From Basidiobolus meristosporus CBS 931.73 (Eukaryota; Fungi; Basidiobolomycota), in NCBI GenBank assembly GCA_002104905.1, contig MCFE01000116.1:62001-126000 (forward strand): a DNA stretch of 64,000 nt. The letters are read 5' to 3'. A program made the translations under genes and the position numbers. The notes below the pieces were generated by a model. It was given only the letters and a program-made list of their open reading frames with translations, was not told the origin of the DNA and searched no databases. This document shows, piece by piece, positions 24,329-36,082 of the stretch. The first letter of the stretch is position 1, and each line of letters opens with the position of its first letter.

Positions 24329-26581
24329 GCGCCTCCTCCCAGCGTCGGACAAAATTTCCAATCCATAGAGCACCCACTTGTCTCCGTAAGCTAGTGCATC
24401 CTCCGACCGAAGTAGTAGCGAAAAAATGACCACTACCATACTACAAATATTAATTCAACTTCGACAGCAATGTATTCCTAAAAATCTCTATATGCCGGGT
24501 GAGAATCCAGTAGCCCATAAGTAAATTCCAGCGTAGCAAGCATCATGAGGTGCTCCTGATATGTAATTATTGGATTTAGGATGCCATTTCGAATATTACA
24601 AACTATGGCCTGACGTGTAAGGGCATAGGTGGAGGTTGAGTATGGTGGCAAAATTTGTGGAGATCGCATTAGACATTAAGAGTGCGATCATTAAAGTTGA
24701 ACTGGGTGAAGAATTCAACAGAAGACTTGTAGATCTCACTTGTCAGCAACTAGGTCGTCTGAACGAGTATCGCAGCCAGCTATAGTAGAAGCTGTGTTAC
24801 ATAGCTATCATGTGGTAACCTGGATACCAGAAACTGGCTGAGCTATATATATCGAAATTGCGAATGTTAATCAGCAATCTTGGCTTTTGTCCTTCCTGGA
24901 ATCATCGATAGCACAAACGTGAAGAATATAGTATAATATGGGATCGATAAATCGTTGGTGCACCACTTTCATTCTGTTTCCTAGATTTCCTGGTCGCACA
25001 TACCTCAGTATATGATAAGGGGGTTAGCTTCACCAAGGGCCGGTAAACCCCGGCGAGAAGAATATCCCAACATCCGAATATGGGGGCATTTCTCATTCCA
25101 GGTGCTATTTCTCCCGGATAATATTCTGAGGTAGGAAAAGCCCCATTATTGTAAAATAGAATTGACGAAATAATTCTCAAGATATTGTGTACAAGTTCCT
25201 GGGTTTTATCGAACATTACTACCTGGAAAGAGTCCGCATTGTTCAGGCATTTACCGGGTAATAGTGACAGCTGAACGCCCTTGTCAAAATGAATTAACAA
25301 CTGTTTTATGTAACAGTCTACCTTTCCATAGGCATTTGATCTCCAAAGCACAGCAGTATTCTACAAAGCCAGCATCACATGGAGATATCCAACTGCTCAA
25401 CAAATTTGATGTCACTTATGATATAGGTTGTAATCTTCCATTGAAACAACGAGCTATAATATATACTATATGCATGATTTCCCAGTAACTCAAAGTATGC
25501 CTAGTCACTAATATTTTCAACACATTACTATAGAGCCGTATGTTAAATCCCGTGGTTGTCAAGATTTGCGATCTTAGATAACAGTAGCATTAGGATGCTT
25601 TTACGTTTGATATGTGTATTAATAGAGGCATCTGGATACAGTACAATACCTTGGTTGCTATGCGAAAACTGCTCATCCGAGGTACTAGCTATTGCTGACT
25701 CAGACCCTCCAATAAGGCCAAGTTGCTCTCACTTGCTTGATGTCAAATCGCAAAGTGGAAGATTGCTCTAAAGGTAACTTATGGTGAAGAAGTTCATGTG
25801 CCTACTATGTTAGACTTTCTTGTTTGAATATTTATCATGGGAAGCTGGTCCAGAGCATGAATACAGCAGAAAGAGAGCATAAGGCGACTAGGACTTCATC
25901 TTTTCCTCTCACTTTGCTGGGAAGAGAGAGAGGTCTATTATGGTAAAAACCACTCTCTGCGAATATGTCTTGAAATGGGCAGATGGTGGGAGATTCAAAA
26001 TCTTTTAGGATGCATAGTTGACTCAATTTTTCCAAAATGGTCATTCGGAAACCCAAAGCTTGTTTCTTCGTAGTTCATGCTCAGCTGTTGCCCGCATCTC
26101 CATCTGAGAAGTATTGTGGGAAGCTCACAAGTTGAAGTGACGTGCTATTCTTCCAACTATCACTTATCTACTGTGTGCCAAATCATCACCATTAATGGGC
26201 TGGGTACTAAGGGATTCGGATTTCTCTCCGCCATTTGTGAAGCGCCCCCTCACAGGGTAGCCAAGCGTGATCACATTGACATCGACACCGATGGAGTCGT
26301 GTGAATCAGAGGATATCTAATATAGTCTTACCGGTATAACCTATTTAATATAGTCTTACCGGTATAACCCTACAGAAAAGTAATGAATTTCCATGGCTAA
26401 TACATATTTGTCAGACAGGAATGGTAACCTGATAATTGATAATGTTGAGGTCTGTGCTGCCAGCAATTCTAGGAAGCAGAACATGCTCCATTCTTGGAAG
26501 TTTTAGAGAAAATACATAAGCCCATAGCACAGCTTCCTATTAACCATCAAGTTCTCTAGCGCTAGTTTCTCAACCAACACA

Positions 26582-26779
26582 ATGAGATTCATAACTGTAC
26601 TCGCTGCTTCTACCATTTTTACCATGACTGCTTGCGGCTATCCAGTGAGTCAGATGGGTGATGCATCAGCAGCAGACAAGAGAGATCTGCATGACTTTTG
26701 TGGAGGTTGGTTCTGTGGGCATGTGAAACGTGAGGACAGTTGGCTCACATCCATGGATTTGGTCTTGGTCAGCTCTTGA
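26582..26779 (+). CDS. Secreted KR-flanked peptide precursor, copy 1 (divergent edge copy, canonical core)
   Basis: Signal peptide + YPVSQMGDASAADKR + DLHDFCGGWFCGHV + KR. Confidence 0.9.
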   Translation: MRFITVLAASTIFTMTACGYPVSQMGDASAADKRDLHDFCGGWFCGHVKREDSWLTSMDLVLVSS

Positions 26780-27232
26780 GCAACTTCAGTCAGGTGATCC
26801 GCCATCACCATCTTTCGATTTTGAACCTACCGTTATAAGCTGGCTTTACTGGTGGTTTGATTACATATGGCCCTTTGTATCTCCATTTTTGTAAACGTTT
26901 CGTGGATAATAAAATGTGCGCCTTAGCCCCATTGCACTCCCATTTGATCGTTAGTACAACCTCGAGTGTAAACAGGTCAATAGCATGGAATACAGCCTGA
27001 AGTCATAGTCACGATTTCTGTAGCTACATAGCACCCAGCACGTATCTAAGTATTCCCTGGTGATGCTAGCACATCACAAGGATTCGGTCTTTGACTAGCC
27101 ATTTTCCGTAGTGTGCTGATTGTGTTCTAAGAATCAGTTGTCTGTGCATACATCGTGCTTCATGCAGAATGCTTCTTAGATAGCTGTGGTCCTCAGTGTT
27201 ACAGCTGGTATTTCGATCGATCATTAGTGTCC

Positions 27233-27357
27233 ATGAAGTTTATATATCTGCTTGTAGTTGGTGTCATATCGTTAGCAATGAAGGTAACGAGGAAGCACTG
27301 GAGAGGAAAGATCTGCTTAACCTTTATGGAGGATGGTTGTGGGGCCGTGTGAAATAG
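27233..27357 (+). pseudogene. Eroded precursor copy 2
   Basis: MKFIYLLVVG start; a shifted frame reads ERK-DLLNLYGGWLWGRVK*. Confidence 0.7.
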
Positions 27358-27657
27358 AAAGGTGGCTTGGAGGTAGAATGAATCTAAGAGGGTGTAATAG
27401 CATACAATGATATCTCGCTACAATTTGTATTTGTAAGCGAAGTACTATGTGCTTTCGCATTATGTACAAATCCCATGCTTTGATAACATAGCAATCTAAT
27501 TGCAGTAGATTTTTACATGGCCTATCCTACAATCTTAAATGATGATGTCTGGAAGACCATAATTCACTTGTATGCAATCACATTTAATGGAGAGGACTTA
27601 TATATACATAGCCAGAACAGCTATTTCTCATGAATTTGGTATTACAATGATACCATG

Positions 27658-27705
27658 CTACACGACGTTTGTGGAGCCTCATTCGGCGATCACATGCAGT
27701 GTTAA
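27658..27705 (+). pseudogene. Eroded precursor copy 3 (core relic)
   Basis: Reads LHDVCGASFGDHMQC*, collinear with LHDFCGGWFCGHVKR. Confidence 0.6.
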
Positions 27706-28182
27706 GGCTCCATCCATAACGGTCACCTTGTTGCCACTCTTCTAGATCTGTACTAGCCAGATGATCTAACTCTATCTCAACAATTCACCACCAAGTTATG
27801 ACAGCAATACTGAGTACCTTCACTTTTCAATTGCAATCAAAGGCGGGTTTACATGACGTCGATCATATACACTTTCCGGATCATGAAGATCCGTAGTCAA
27901 TATGTACGTTTATGACATTCTATTCCCATTGAGCATTATGATATTGTTTACACTATTTATTCTTTATCAATTATTGCTTACCGTTATGAAGCAGGATTTA
28001 CCACCTCCTAATTGAGAATAGATGTTAAGTCTGGAGCACACAGTTGGAGGAATCGACTAACATCAAATGCAGGTTAGGCTGTTTCGTAGAGATGAGATGG
28101 TGAGCACATCACAAGATGTACTAGGAATCAACCCAGAATAACCATATTGAGGTATCACAGCCCAATATGCTTCCTGGAATGT

Positions 28183-28214
28183 TTAGGGCTAGGGTTAGGG
28201 TTGGGTTGGGTTGG
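28183..28214 (+). repeat. Interstitial telomere-like / G-quadruplex motif
   Basis: TTAGGG-CTAGGG-TTAGGG-TTGGG-TTGGG-TTGG, i.e. five G3 tracts. Confidence 0.6.
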
Positions 28215-28350
28215 AACATTGTTTATCACTATTACATTTTGTCATCGAAATGATTCCAAGAAATATCGAGTGGGCCATATAATTGAAGAAGCAATGGAAC
28301 TTCCACCAGAATATCAACACCTCTTCTCCCTGAAGCGTGAAAGAAAAAGC

Positions 28351-28503
28351 ATGAAATTCTAATGCTTACTCATCTCATGTATCATGCTTGCTGTTACCAT
28401 TGACTGGTACCCGGTAACTCAACAGACTAGCGGTCCAGCAGTGAATAAGAGAGATCTGCATGACTTTTGTGGCCATGTGAAACGGGGGAAACTCAAAATA
28501 TGA
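28351..28503 (+). pseudogene. Precursor copy 4: early stop/frameshift, 15-nt core deletion (DLHDFCGHV)
   Basis: ATG AAA TTC TAA; the downstream frame reads IDWYPVTQQTSGPAVNKR-DLHDFCGHV-KR. Confidence 0.8.
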
Positions 28504-29148
28504 ATGGGCCAACCTTACAACAATGTCCGATTGGTTTCCATTTTTTTGTCTTCAAGTTCTCCGATTTTGTTGCTCCTAATATCCACCACATTCAGCCACC
28601 CTTTGTCCATGATTTTCATTTTCTGATGAAATAAACAATTCAATGCCGCTTTAAATTCGCGTGGTATTCACCTTCAAATTGAGCACATTCTATTTCTTTT
28701 GGATCACTAGCACTGGATACTTTGTTGCATTCACGATTGAACAAGATGCAACTCAATGTATAATGAAAGCATAATAATGTATCTTCCAATGTAGAGGCCG
28801 CTCTAGATGTGTACAGATATCAATACCAAAAGCAGTATACTTGGTTGTAGTCGTAAGTTATGTCAATGTGAACATATCGTGAGCGCACCATATGACTTTC
28901 CTCCTGCGCTCAGGAAATCAAACGATCAAGAAGCCATTTCCGGCTTTTCCAGATCAGTTTAGCCACACTAAGGTATTAGCGTCATCTATGCTTCCCCGAA
29001 TGCCAACCACACAATGAATTGTTAATCTCGTTCGAACGATTTCAAGAGATGATGAGCGGGTCGTATAAATGGGCATCAAGTATCAGAGTGTTCACTGGAA
29101 TTTTGCCCTCTCCCCACACCCAGTACATCAAGGTATATCAAGAAAACC

Positions 29149-29373
29149 ATGAAACTTCCAAGTATTCTAGCCGTATGTTCTACTCTTGCAGTATCTATTG
29201 ACTGTTATGCTGCAAGTCTACAGATTGGTGATCGTGCAGTACTCAAGAGAGATCTGCATGACCTTTGTGGAGGTTCGTTCTGTGGCCATGTCAAACGAGA
29301 AGACGGTCTTGAAGCAAGTAAAACCCAAAAATCCACCTCAGATATAATTTATACCGATAACTCAAGTCATTAG
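29149..29373 (+). CDS. Precursor copy 5, variant core DLHDLCGGSFCGHV
   Basis: Intact ORF with 19+15 aa prepro region and KR on both sides of the core. Confidence 0.88.
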   Translation: MKLPSILAVCSTLAVSIDCYAASLQIGDRAVLKRDLHDLCGGSFCGHVKREDGLEASKTQKSTSDIIYTDNSSH

Positions 29374-29598
29374 CAATGAAATGCTCAACTGGGTCTAATT
29401 CTATTGCCCTCTTTGAACGCTCCAATTTTGTCGCTTGTAACCCTCACCCATCCAATTTCCCAAGCTTGCCCAAACCTAAAGATTAGATTTTCGGACTTGA
29501 CATTCATGCATCTATATAAAGTAACCTGTCACGGTCTAAAATTGAGGCCATCACTGGATTGATTTCTACCCTCTGGTCAAACGGATGCTTTAGCGCTG

Positions 29599-29648
29599 GA
29601 CAAGGGAGATCTGAACGATGAAGTTGGTTCTATGGTCATGGGAGGCGC
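29599..29648 (+). pseudogene. Eroded precursor copy 6 (core relic)
   Basis: GACAAGGGAGATCTGAACGAT...TGGTTCTATGGTCATGGGAGGCGC aligns to the core DNA with a deletion. Confidence 0.6.
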
Positions 29649-30371
29649 AAAGACATTGCCAATGCTCATCAGATCGCTACCTCTTCTTTGCGCCTCCATC
29701 GGCAAGAAGATCCAACTAGTGCCCAATAGTGTACCACTTGACCATAATATCATCTGCGAGTTGTCTTATTTACACAATACCTGAGGCAAATCAACAATAC
29801 GCACATCCCTATTTGATTATGGTAGCATAGTTTTGGGTGGGATTTACCACCAATATCACTCATTCACTTCCATGAGAGGAGGCATAGCTCGTCATCATTC
29901 CTTTAGTCATGTAGCTTGGTGTTCAAGTGTAGACCTCTATAGTTGCATCATTGAATCCGATAATATATCGTTGCAACTACCTATATGTACTTGATAAATG
30001 TAAGCGCATAAGAAGTCTATCGTCAAAAACTAGAAATAAGTATATAATGGACGTTAAGACTACATTTGAAGAATATTTTGTGAGGGATAGGCTTTACAAA
30101 GTCTGCACAGTAAGAGAGCGAGATGATGTCAAGTGAATATACTGGTTGGCAATCAGGAAATCGCTTCCGGCTTTCCAAAATCAGTGTAGCCATAATCAGG
30201 GATTGGTAGCTACTCTGCTTCCAGGAATAAACATGCTATCACAACTGATTTGTATTTCCGCCAGGAGGGTTCTAAGAAGTGTAATATCAAGAGTATATAT
30301 AGTGCTTTTCAGCAATCTATATTCAGCAACACCCAGCCTTTGATATCTCGAGAAATTGGTATATACTACTC

Positions 30372-30551
30372 ATGAAATTCGCCAACGTTCTTGCTGCTTT
30401 TGCCGTTGTTTCAGCAGCCATTGACTGCTACCCCTTGATCCTTGAGACTAGGGGTTCAACAGCAGACAAGAGAGATCTACATGACTTTTGTGGAGGCTGG
30501 TTTTGTGGTCATGTTAAACGGGAGGTAGCCCTCAAGGAAAATGAAGTCTGA
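30372..30551 (+). CDS. Precursor copy 7 (A-type, 59 aa, missed by the ORF track)
   Basis: MKFANVLAAFAVVSAAIDCYPLILETRGSTADKR-DLHDFCGGWFCGHV-KREVALKENEV*. Confidence 0.9.
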   Translation: MKFANVLAAFAVVSAAIDCYPLILETRGSTADKRDLHDFCGGWFCGHVKREVALKENEV

Positions 30552-31373
30552 ATCGCAACCGCAGATGTGCTGTATAATGATGAACTCAGAACCGTCTTCT
30601 AACTCCAGACCTTCCTTGAACGATCCACTACTAAACACGCCAATTTTGTTGCTCTTAATGACCACCAGTTTCGATTACCTACGCGTATCCATCCACACTC
30701 AACATTTGACTGTGATTTTGCTATAACATACTAAAGAATAAAACTCAGCTTTACATTTTTTGATATCACTATACAGCAATCTCTCGTATGACTCGCGACA
30801 TTTCATGCGATAATGGTATTGAGCGCGCGATATTGCCCTATGTTAGGAAATGCTGACTTGAGAATAGAATGGTTCATACGGAAATGTCACAAACTATCTA
30901 TGGCCTTTACTTTTAGATTCATGGACCACTATCAATTGAGAATTATCACATTAGTGAAGTAAAGGTGAAAGTAATCAGGGCTTTGAAGAGTGGCCACACT
31001 ACCAGGAGGCTCAGATATCCTCTAGCGGATATTACTTTCGCTCCGGTCTAAATGCTTCTGTGCTGTAGTGTATAAAACTACTGTCTAAGATTCCTACAGG
31101 TCGTAGCAGCTTTATTAATTGCATTTAGAGTCTGTGCATCATCGGAATATGCTATAAGGATGATTCACGCTATCGGCATCGTAGAAAAAGGTAATGTTGA
31201 ATCTCACTTCACAGTCTGCTTTTCCACCACTACCATCTGTGTAACTGGTAATTCTGGGAATCAGAAATCGCCACCCTAGGATTCCAGGAAGCCTGAATCA
31301 ACGTACATGTATAACCCACTAGCAAGCTTGCAACCCTTCAATTGAATATGAGATTATTCCTTGAACCAGAACA

Positions 31374-31577
31374 ATGAGACTCCTTGCTGTCCTCGCTGTT
31401 TGTATTGTTTCTGCAATAACAGCTAACGGCTATCCTATGGGTCAGCAAGCCAACGATGTATCCAAGGAGAAGAGAGATCTGGACGACTTTTGTGGAGGTT
31501 GGTTCTGTGGCCATGTGAAACGTGAACACACTATCCTTGACAGCCAGACTACTTCCTCTTCTCAGAGCTCACATTAG
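31374..31577 (+). CDS. Precursor copy 8 (B-type), variant core DLDDFCGGWFCGHV
   Basis: Intact ORF; His3 changed to Asp. Confidence 0.9.
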   Translation: MRLLAVLAVCIVSAITANGYPMGQQANDVSKEKRDLDDFCGGWFCGHVKREHTILDSQTTSSSQSSH

Positions 31578-32137
31578 CCCGACACCCTCACAATAGTTCA
31601 ATAAGGTACCACTAAGTTAGGATACCAACTCTGCCAAGTACACCCCCATCCATCCTCAAGTCCATTTGATTTTGAATCCGTAATTTGGGCAAGATCTACC
31701 ACCAATGTGATTACACAATACCCTTCGAATCCCCAATTTTGTATGCATCTCGTAATCAATAAATGGGACGTTGGTGCACAATTATTTTCTCCTTTGATGA
31801 TTGCCGCAAAGTGTAATGGAATATTGATGGATTATTAAGAGCATATTATTCAGTATGTAATGAACCTTTCTCAATACTAAGGCATTATTGGCAACCAGAT
31901 CATTCACAAGCTATACGAAAATATGACATATGTATATGAGCAACGTCAGACAGACAGGCCTATAACAGATGGCATTACCGAATTTGATAAATGTGTTTGG
32001 AGCGGTAAGTTAGATGAGCCCAATAAGAGGTTCTCGTGGGAAAGGAAAGCAATGCATGTATTATCTGACGGTCAAGAAGTCATTTCTAGTTTTCTGAAAC
32101 CAGTTCGACCATATTTAGGGAATAGTACCAGTGCTAC

Positions 32138-32217
32138 TTCCGAGAATAATCTGGCTACAAGAACCGGTTTAGATTTCCGGTAGAGGATTCCGAGAAGTGC
32201 AGCACGAAGTATATAAA
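32138..32217 (+). promoter_or_regulatory. Representative A-type promoter: two TTCCGAGAA palindromes plus TATATAAA
   Basis: TTCCGAGAA at 32138 and 32188; TATATAAA at 32210, 77 bp upstream of the ATG. Equivalent motifs occur in the other A copies. Confidence 0.65.
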
Positions 32218-32286
32218 TGTCTCTTGCGCTGATGAGCATTCAGTAAAATACAGCTTTGACATTTGAGAGATCATTACCAAACAATC

Positions 32287-32496
32287 ATGAAATTCGCCGG
32301 CGTACTTGCTATTCTTGCCACTGTTTCAGTGACAATTGACTGCTACCCATTGATCCTGGAGACTAGCGATTCAGCAGTGGACAAGAGAGATCTACATGAC
32401 TTCTGCGGAGGCTGGTTCTGTGGTCATGTCAAGCGTGAGGAAGCTCCGGAGACAAGTGAAGCCAATATCTCCACCCCATCGATGTCAGTTGCCTGA
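32287..32496 (+). CDS. Precursor copy 9 (A-type)
   Basis: Canonical core; ATG after ACAATC. Confidence 0.93.
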   Translation: MKFAGVLAILATVSVTIDCYPLILETSDSAVDKRDLHDFCGGWFCGHVKREEAPETSEANISTPSMSVA

Positions 32497-32906
32497 TGTG
32501 CACAGGCAGCACTAATGACAAGCCGATATCCAAATCCGAACTATCCAATTTTGTTACTCCTGATAAATACCACACACGACAAACTAAGCGTATCCATCCA
32601 TCCATCCTCCACATGGATTTTTGATTATCTGACAATTTGCAGAGAAATAAACATTGTTACCCCGCATTTCATATTTTCTCACGGCTATTAAACTAGCGGA
32701 GTGGAGGTCACTGGTATTCGGACCCATTCCCATATATTCCATATTGGAATGAGCTGATTTCAACTCTACGAGGCATCTTTATTCTGTAATACAATGGGAA
32801 TTTCGCGGTGAAAGGAATATTCACATATGGTTGCCGACCCAGCTTTCCTCTATTTCTCAGAGGATTTCCCCTACTCTTGAAAGGCTGAGATCTGCGCAGC
32901 CAAACA

Positions 32907-33090
32907 TTCTAGGAATCAGAACACGACTTGAGGATGATGGCCACCTTTGATGTAACACGTAAGGTGATTTTAGAATATCACCATCCTATAGCTTTTCAAC
33001 GATCAGTTGCATTTTGTGGCACCGATAGTTCTGAGAATCAGAAATCGCCAGCCTGAGATTCCAAGAAGCCAGAATCAATGCACATAAATA
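32907..33090 (+). promoter_or_regulatory. Representative B-type promoter: three TTC-N3-GAA palindromes plus CATAAATA
   Basis: TTCTAGGAA 32907, TTCTGAGAA 33029, TTCCAAGAA 33059; CATAAATA at ~33083. Confidence 0.6.
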
Positions 33091-33176
33091 GCTCACTAAC
33101 GACACTGCCATTCATCAGCCTGCAACCTTTCTGTTGAGTATCAGATTCTACTTCAGCCAGCAATCGAACCTAAACC

Positions 33177-33407
33177 ATGAGACTCTTTGCTGTACTCACT
33201 ACTTGTATCGTTGCCACAATGACAGCTAATGGCTACCCCGTAAATCAGGTGACTGATGGAGTAGCCATGGAAAAGAGAGATCTGCACGACTTTTGTGGAG
33301 GCTGGTTCTGTGGCCATGTGAAGCGTGATCACACAGTCCATGACAGTCAGACTACTACATCTTCTCTGAGCTCACATCAGCCTAACACCCTAATGACAGC
33401 TCAATAA
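33177..33407 (+). CDS. Precursor copy 10 (B-type)
   Basis: Canonical core. Confidence 0.93.
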   Translation: MRLFAVLTTCIVATMTANGYPVNQVTDGVAMEKRDLHDFCGGWFCGHVKRDHTVHDSQTTTSSLSSHQPNTLMTAQ

Positions 33408-34077
33408 GGTACCACCTAGTCAAGATGTTAATTCTCCCAAATGTGTTTCTGCCCGTTCTTCAAGCCCATTTGATTTTGAATCCGTAATTTGGGCAAGATC
33501 TACCACCAATGTGATTACATAATACCCTTTGAATCCCCAATTTTGTATGCGTCTCGTAATCAATAAATGGCGCGTTGGTGCACAACTACATTCTCCTTTG
33601 ATGATTGCCGCAAACTGTATTGACACACTGATAAACTAATAGGAGTATACTGCTCAGCATGCAATCAACCTTTCTCAATATTGGGTCTTTGGTGGCAACC
33701 AGAACGCTCATCAGCTTCACGAAGAAGTGACCCACTGAATATGCAGTCAATAAGCTGGCATTTCTAGATTTGATAAATGTGTTTGGAGCAGGTAAGTTAG
33801 ACGAGCCCGATGAGAGATTCTCTTGCGGAGTGGAAAACAGAGCATATGCTGTTGGACGATCCGAGAAGCCATTTCCGGTATTGTAAAACCAGTCTGACCA
33901 TATTGAGGGAATAGCGCCGGCGCTGCTTCGCTAGAATAACCTGGCTACAAAAACCGGTTTAGATTTCCGGTAGAGGGCTCCGAGAAGTACAGCACGAAGT
34001 ATATAAATGTCTCTTGTGCTGGTTAGCACTCAGTAGAGGGCAGCTTTGATATCTTGAGATATTTCTACAGAACAATC

Positions 34078-34245
34078 ATGAAATTCGCCAGCGTACTAGC
34101 TATTCTTGCCGCTGTTTCTGCGACAATTGACTGCTACCCATTGATCCCGGAGACTAGCGATTCAGCAGTGGACAAGAGGGATCTGCATGACTTTTGTGGA
34201 GGCTGGTTCTGTGGACATGTGAAACGGGATGATGACCTCGGGTAA
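34078..34245 (+). CDS. Precursor copy 11 (A-type, tail DDDLG)
   Basis: Canonical core. Confidence 0.92.
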   Translation: MKFASVLAILAAVSATIDCYPLIPETSDSAVDKRDLHDFCGGWFCGHVKRDDDLG

Positions 34246-34977
34246 AATGCAGACAAAATCTCGGTCTTTCATATGCCAAATATCTAAAGTGATCAGGCCG
34301 CGCCAATGGTTACAATCTCAAGACCCAGAACTCGAAGGAAATCTACCGCCGGAATACATCAATTTTACTGTATTTTATAATCACCATGGCCGATTAGCTA
34401 AACGTATCCTCCCACCTCCGCATGGAGTGTTATTTGGTGACGAGCTCCTATAAAATAAACAATACAACTCCATAATCCACTATCCGTATTGCTTTAACCT
34501 TTAGCAAAGCAACTACTCATACTCCAGCTCGTCGCATTTTCACCAAGTTTGCTTGACCCAAAGATGGTAAAGATCCTCCCTACAGGATTTGGACTATACA
34601 AATATCATCAGTCATTCCATATCCAATATTACTTCTGTTGTGGAGATCCTGTTTACTAACACTCTGATATTCCCAAGAGTGCTTCCCTTGCTTATGAAAT
34701 ACTGAGGTCTGCACAGACAGACATTCTAGGAATAAGGATGTAACATGATGATGATTCACACGGTCAATTTAGTTTCAGTATAGTATTTTTGTGCTTGATT
34801 TTCATCCAGTACATGTTGTGCAACCAAAAATTCTGGGAACAAGGAATCACTACCACAGGATTCCAAGAAGCCTAAATCAGCGTACATATATAGCTTACTA
34901 ATAGCGATGCCATTCCAGAGTCTACAACCTCTCTTCGAATATCATATTCTTCCCGTGCCAATTACTGAGCCAAAACC

Positions 34978-35208
34978 ATGAGACTCGTTACTATACTTAC
35001 TATTTGTATTGTATCTGCAATAACAGCTAACGGCTACCCCATAACTTCGCTGCCTGATGAAGTGGCCATGGACAAGAGAGATCTGCACGACTTTTGCGGT
35101 GGTTGGTTCTGCGGTCATGTAAAGCGTGAGCGCAGCATCCTTGATAGCCAGGCTACTACCACTCCTCTGGGCACACATCAGCCCGATATCCTCACGATAT
35201 CTCAATAA
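34978..35208 (+). CDS. Precursor copy 12 (B-type)
   Basis: Canonical core, tail ERSILDSQ. Confidence 0.93.
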   Translation: MRLVTILTICIVSAITANGYPITSLPDEVAMDKRDLHDFCGGWFCGHVKRERSILDSQATTTPLGTHQPDILTISQ

Positions 35209-35872
35209 GAGACCACTAAGACAATATGACACTTCTACCGAATACTTCCCTGCCTGTTCTACATGCCCATTTGATTTTGATCCCGTATTTGGGCGAGATC
35301 TACCACCCATGTGATTACATAATACCCTTTGAATCCCCAATTTTGTATACATCTTGTAATCATTAAATGGCGCATTGGTGCACAACTACATTCTCCTTTG
35401 ATGATTGCCGCAAGTTGTAACGGCATACTGGTAGCTTAATAAGAGTATACTGTTCAGCATGCAATCAATCTTTCTCAATATTGGGACTTTAGTGGCAACC
35501 AGGACATTCATCAGCTTCATGAAGAAGTGGCCCATTGAATATGCAGTCAATAAGCTGGCATTTCTAGATTTGATAAATGTGTTTGGAGCAGTAAGTTAGA
35601 TGAGCCGATGAGAGATTCTCATGCGGAGTGGAAAACAGAGCTTACGCTGTTGGACGATCCAGAAGCCATTTCCGGTATTGTAAAACCAGTCTGACCATAT
35701 TGAGGGAATAGCGTCGGCGTTGCTTCGCAGAATAACCTGGCTACAAAAACCGGTTTGGATTTCCGGCAGAGTATTCCGAGAAGTGCGGCACGAAGTATAT
35801 AAATGTCTCTTGCGCTGATTAGCATTCATTAAAATACAGCTTTGATATTTGAGAGATCACTACCAAACAATC

Positions 35873-36082
35873 ATGAAATTCGCCGGCGTACTTGCTATTC
35901 TTGCCGCAGCTTCTGCGACAGTTGACTGCTACCCATTGATCCTGGACACTAGCGATTCAGCAGTGGACAAGAGAGATCTGCATGACTTCTGCGGAGGCTG
36001 GTTCTGTGGTCATGTCAAGCGTGAGGAAGCTCTGGAGACAAGTGAAGCCAATATCTCCACTCCATCGATGTTAGTTGCCTGA
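35873..36082 (+). CDS. Precursor copy 13 (A-type)
   Basis: Canonical core. Confidence 0.93.
   Translation: MKFAGVLAILAAASATVDCYPLILDTSDSAVDKRDLHDFCGGWFCGHVKREEALETSEANISTPSMLVA

Noticed and set aside
26240-26304. AAGCGTGATCACA (KRDH) match to B-type tails and a nearby VKR codon run upstream of copy 1
   Set aside because: A 13-bp match with no core or signal peptide in frame is too weak to call a 42nd copy.
24478-26304. Short ORFs (24902-25351, 25835-26056 and others) as a possible tailoring enzyme gene
   Set aside because: No recognisable motif or consistent exon chain by eye. It needs a translated search; left uncalled.
26318-26369. Two-copy 24-bp direct repeat TAATATAGTCTTACCGGTATAACC (28-bp period)
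   Set aside because: Single local duplication not seen in other promoters; most likely slippage.
32389-32430. Direct homology of the core to insect CCHamide/CCAP or vertebrate somatostatin-family peptides
   Set aside because: Only ring size or 2-3 residues are shared, and no amidation Gly precedes KR. Kept as a functional analogy only, not homology.
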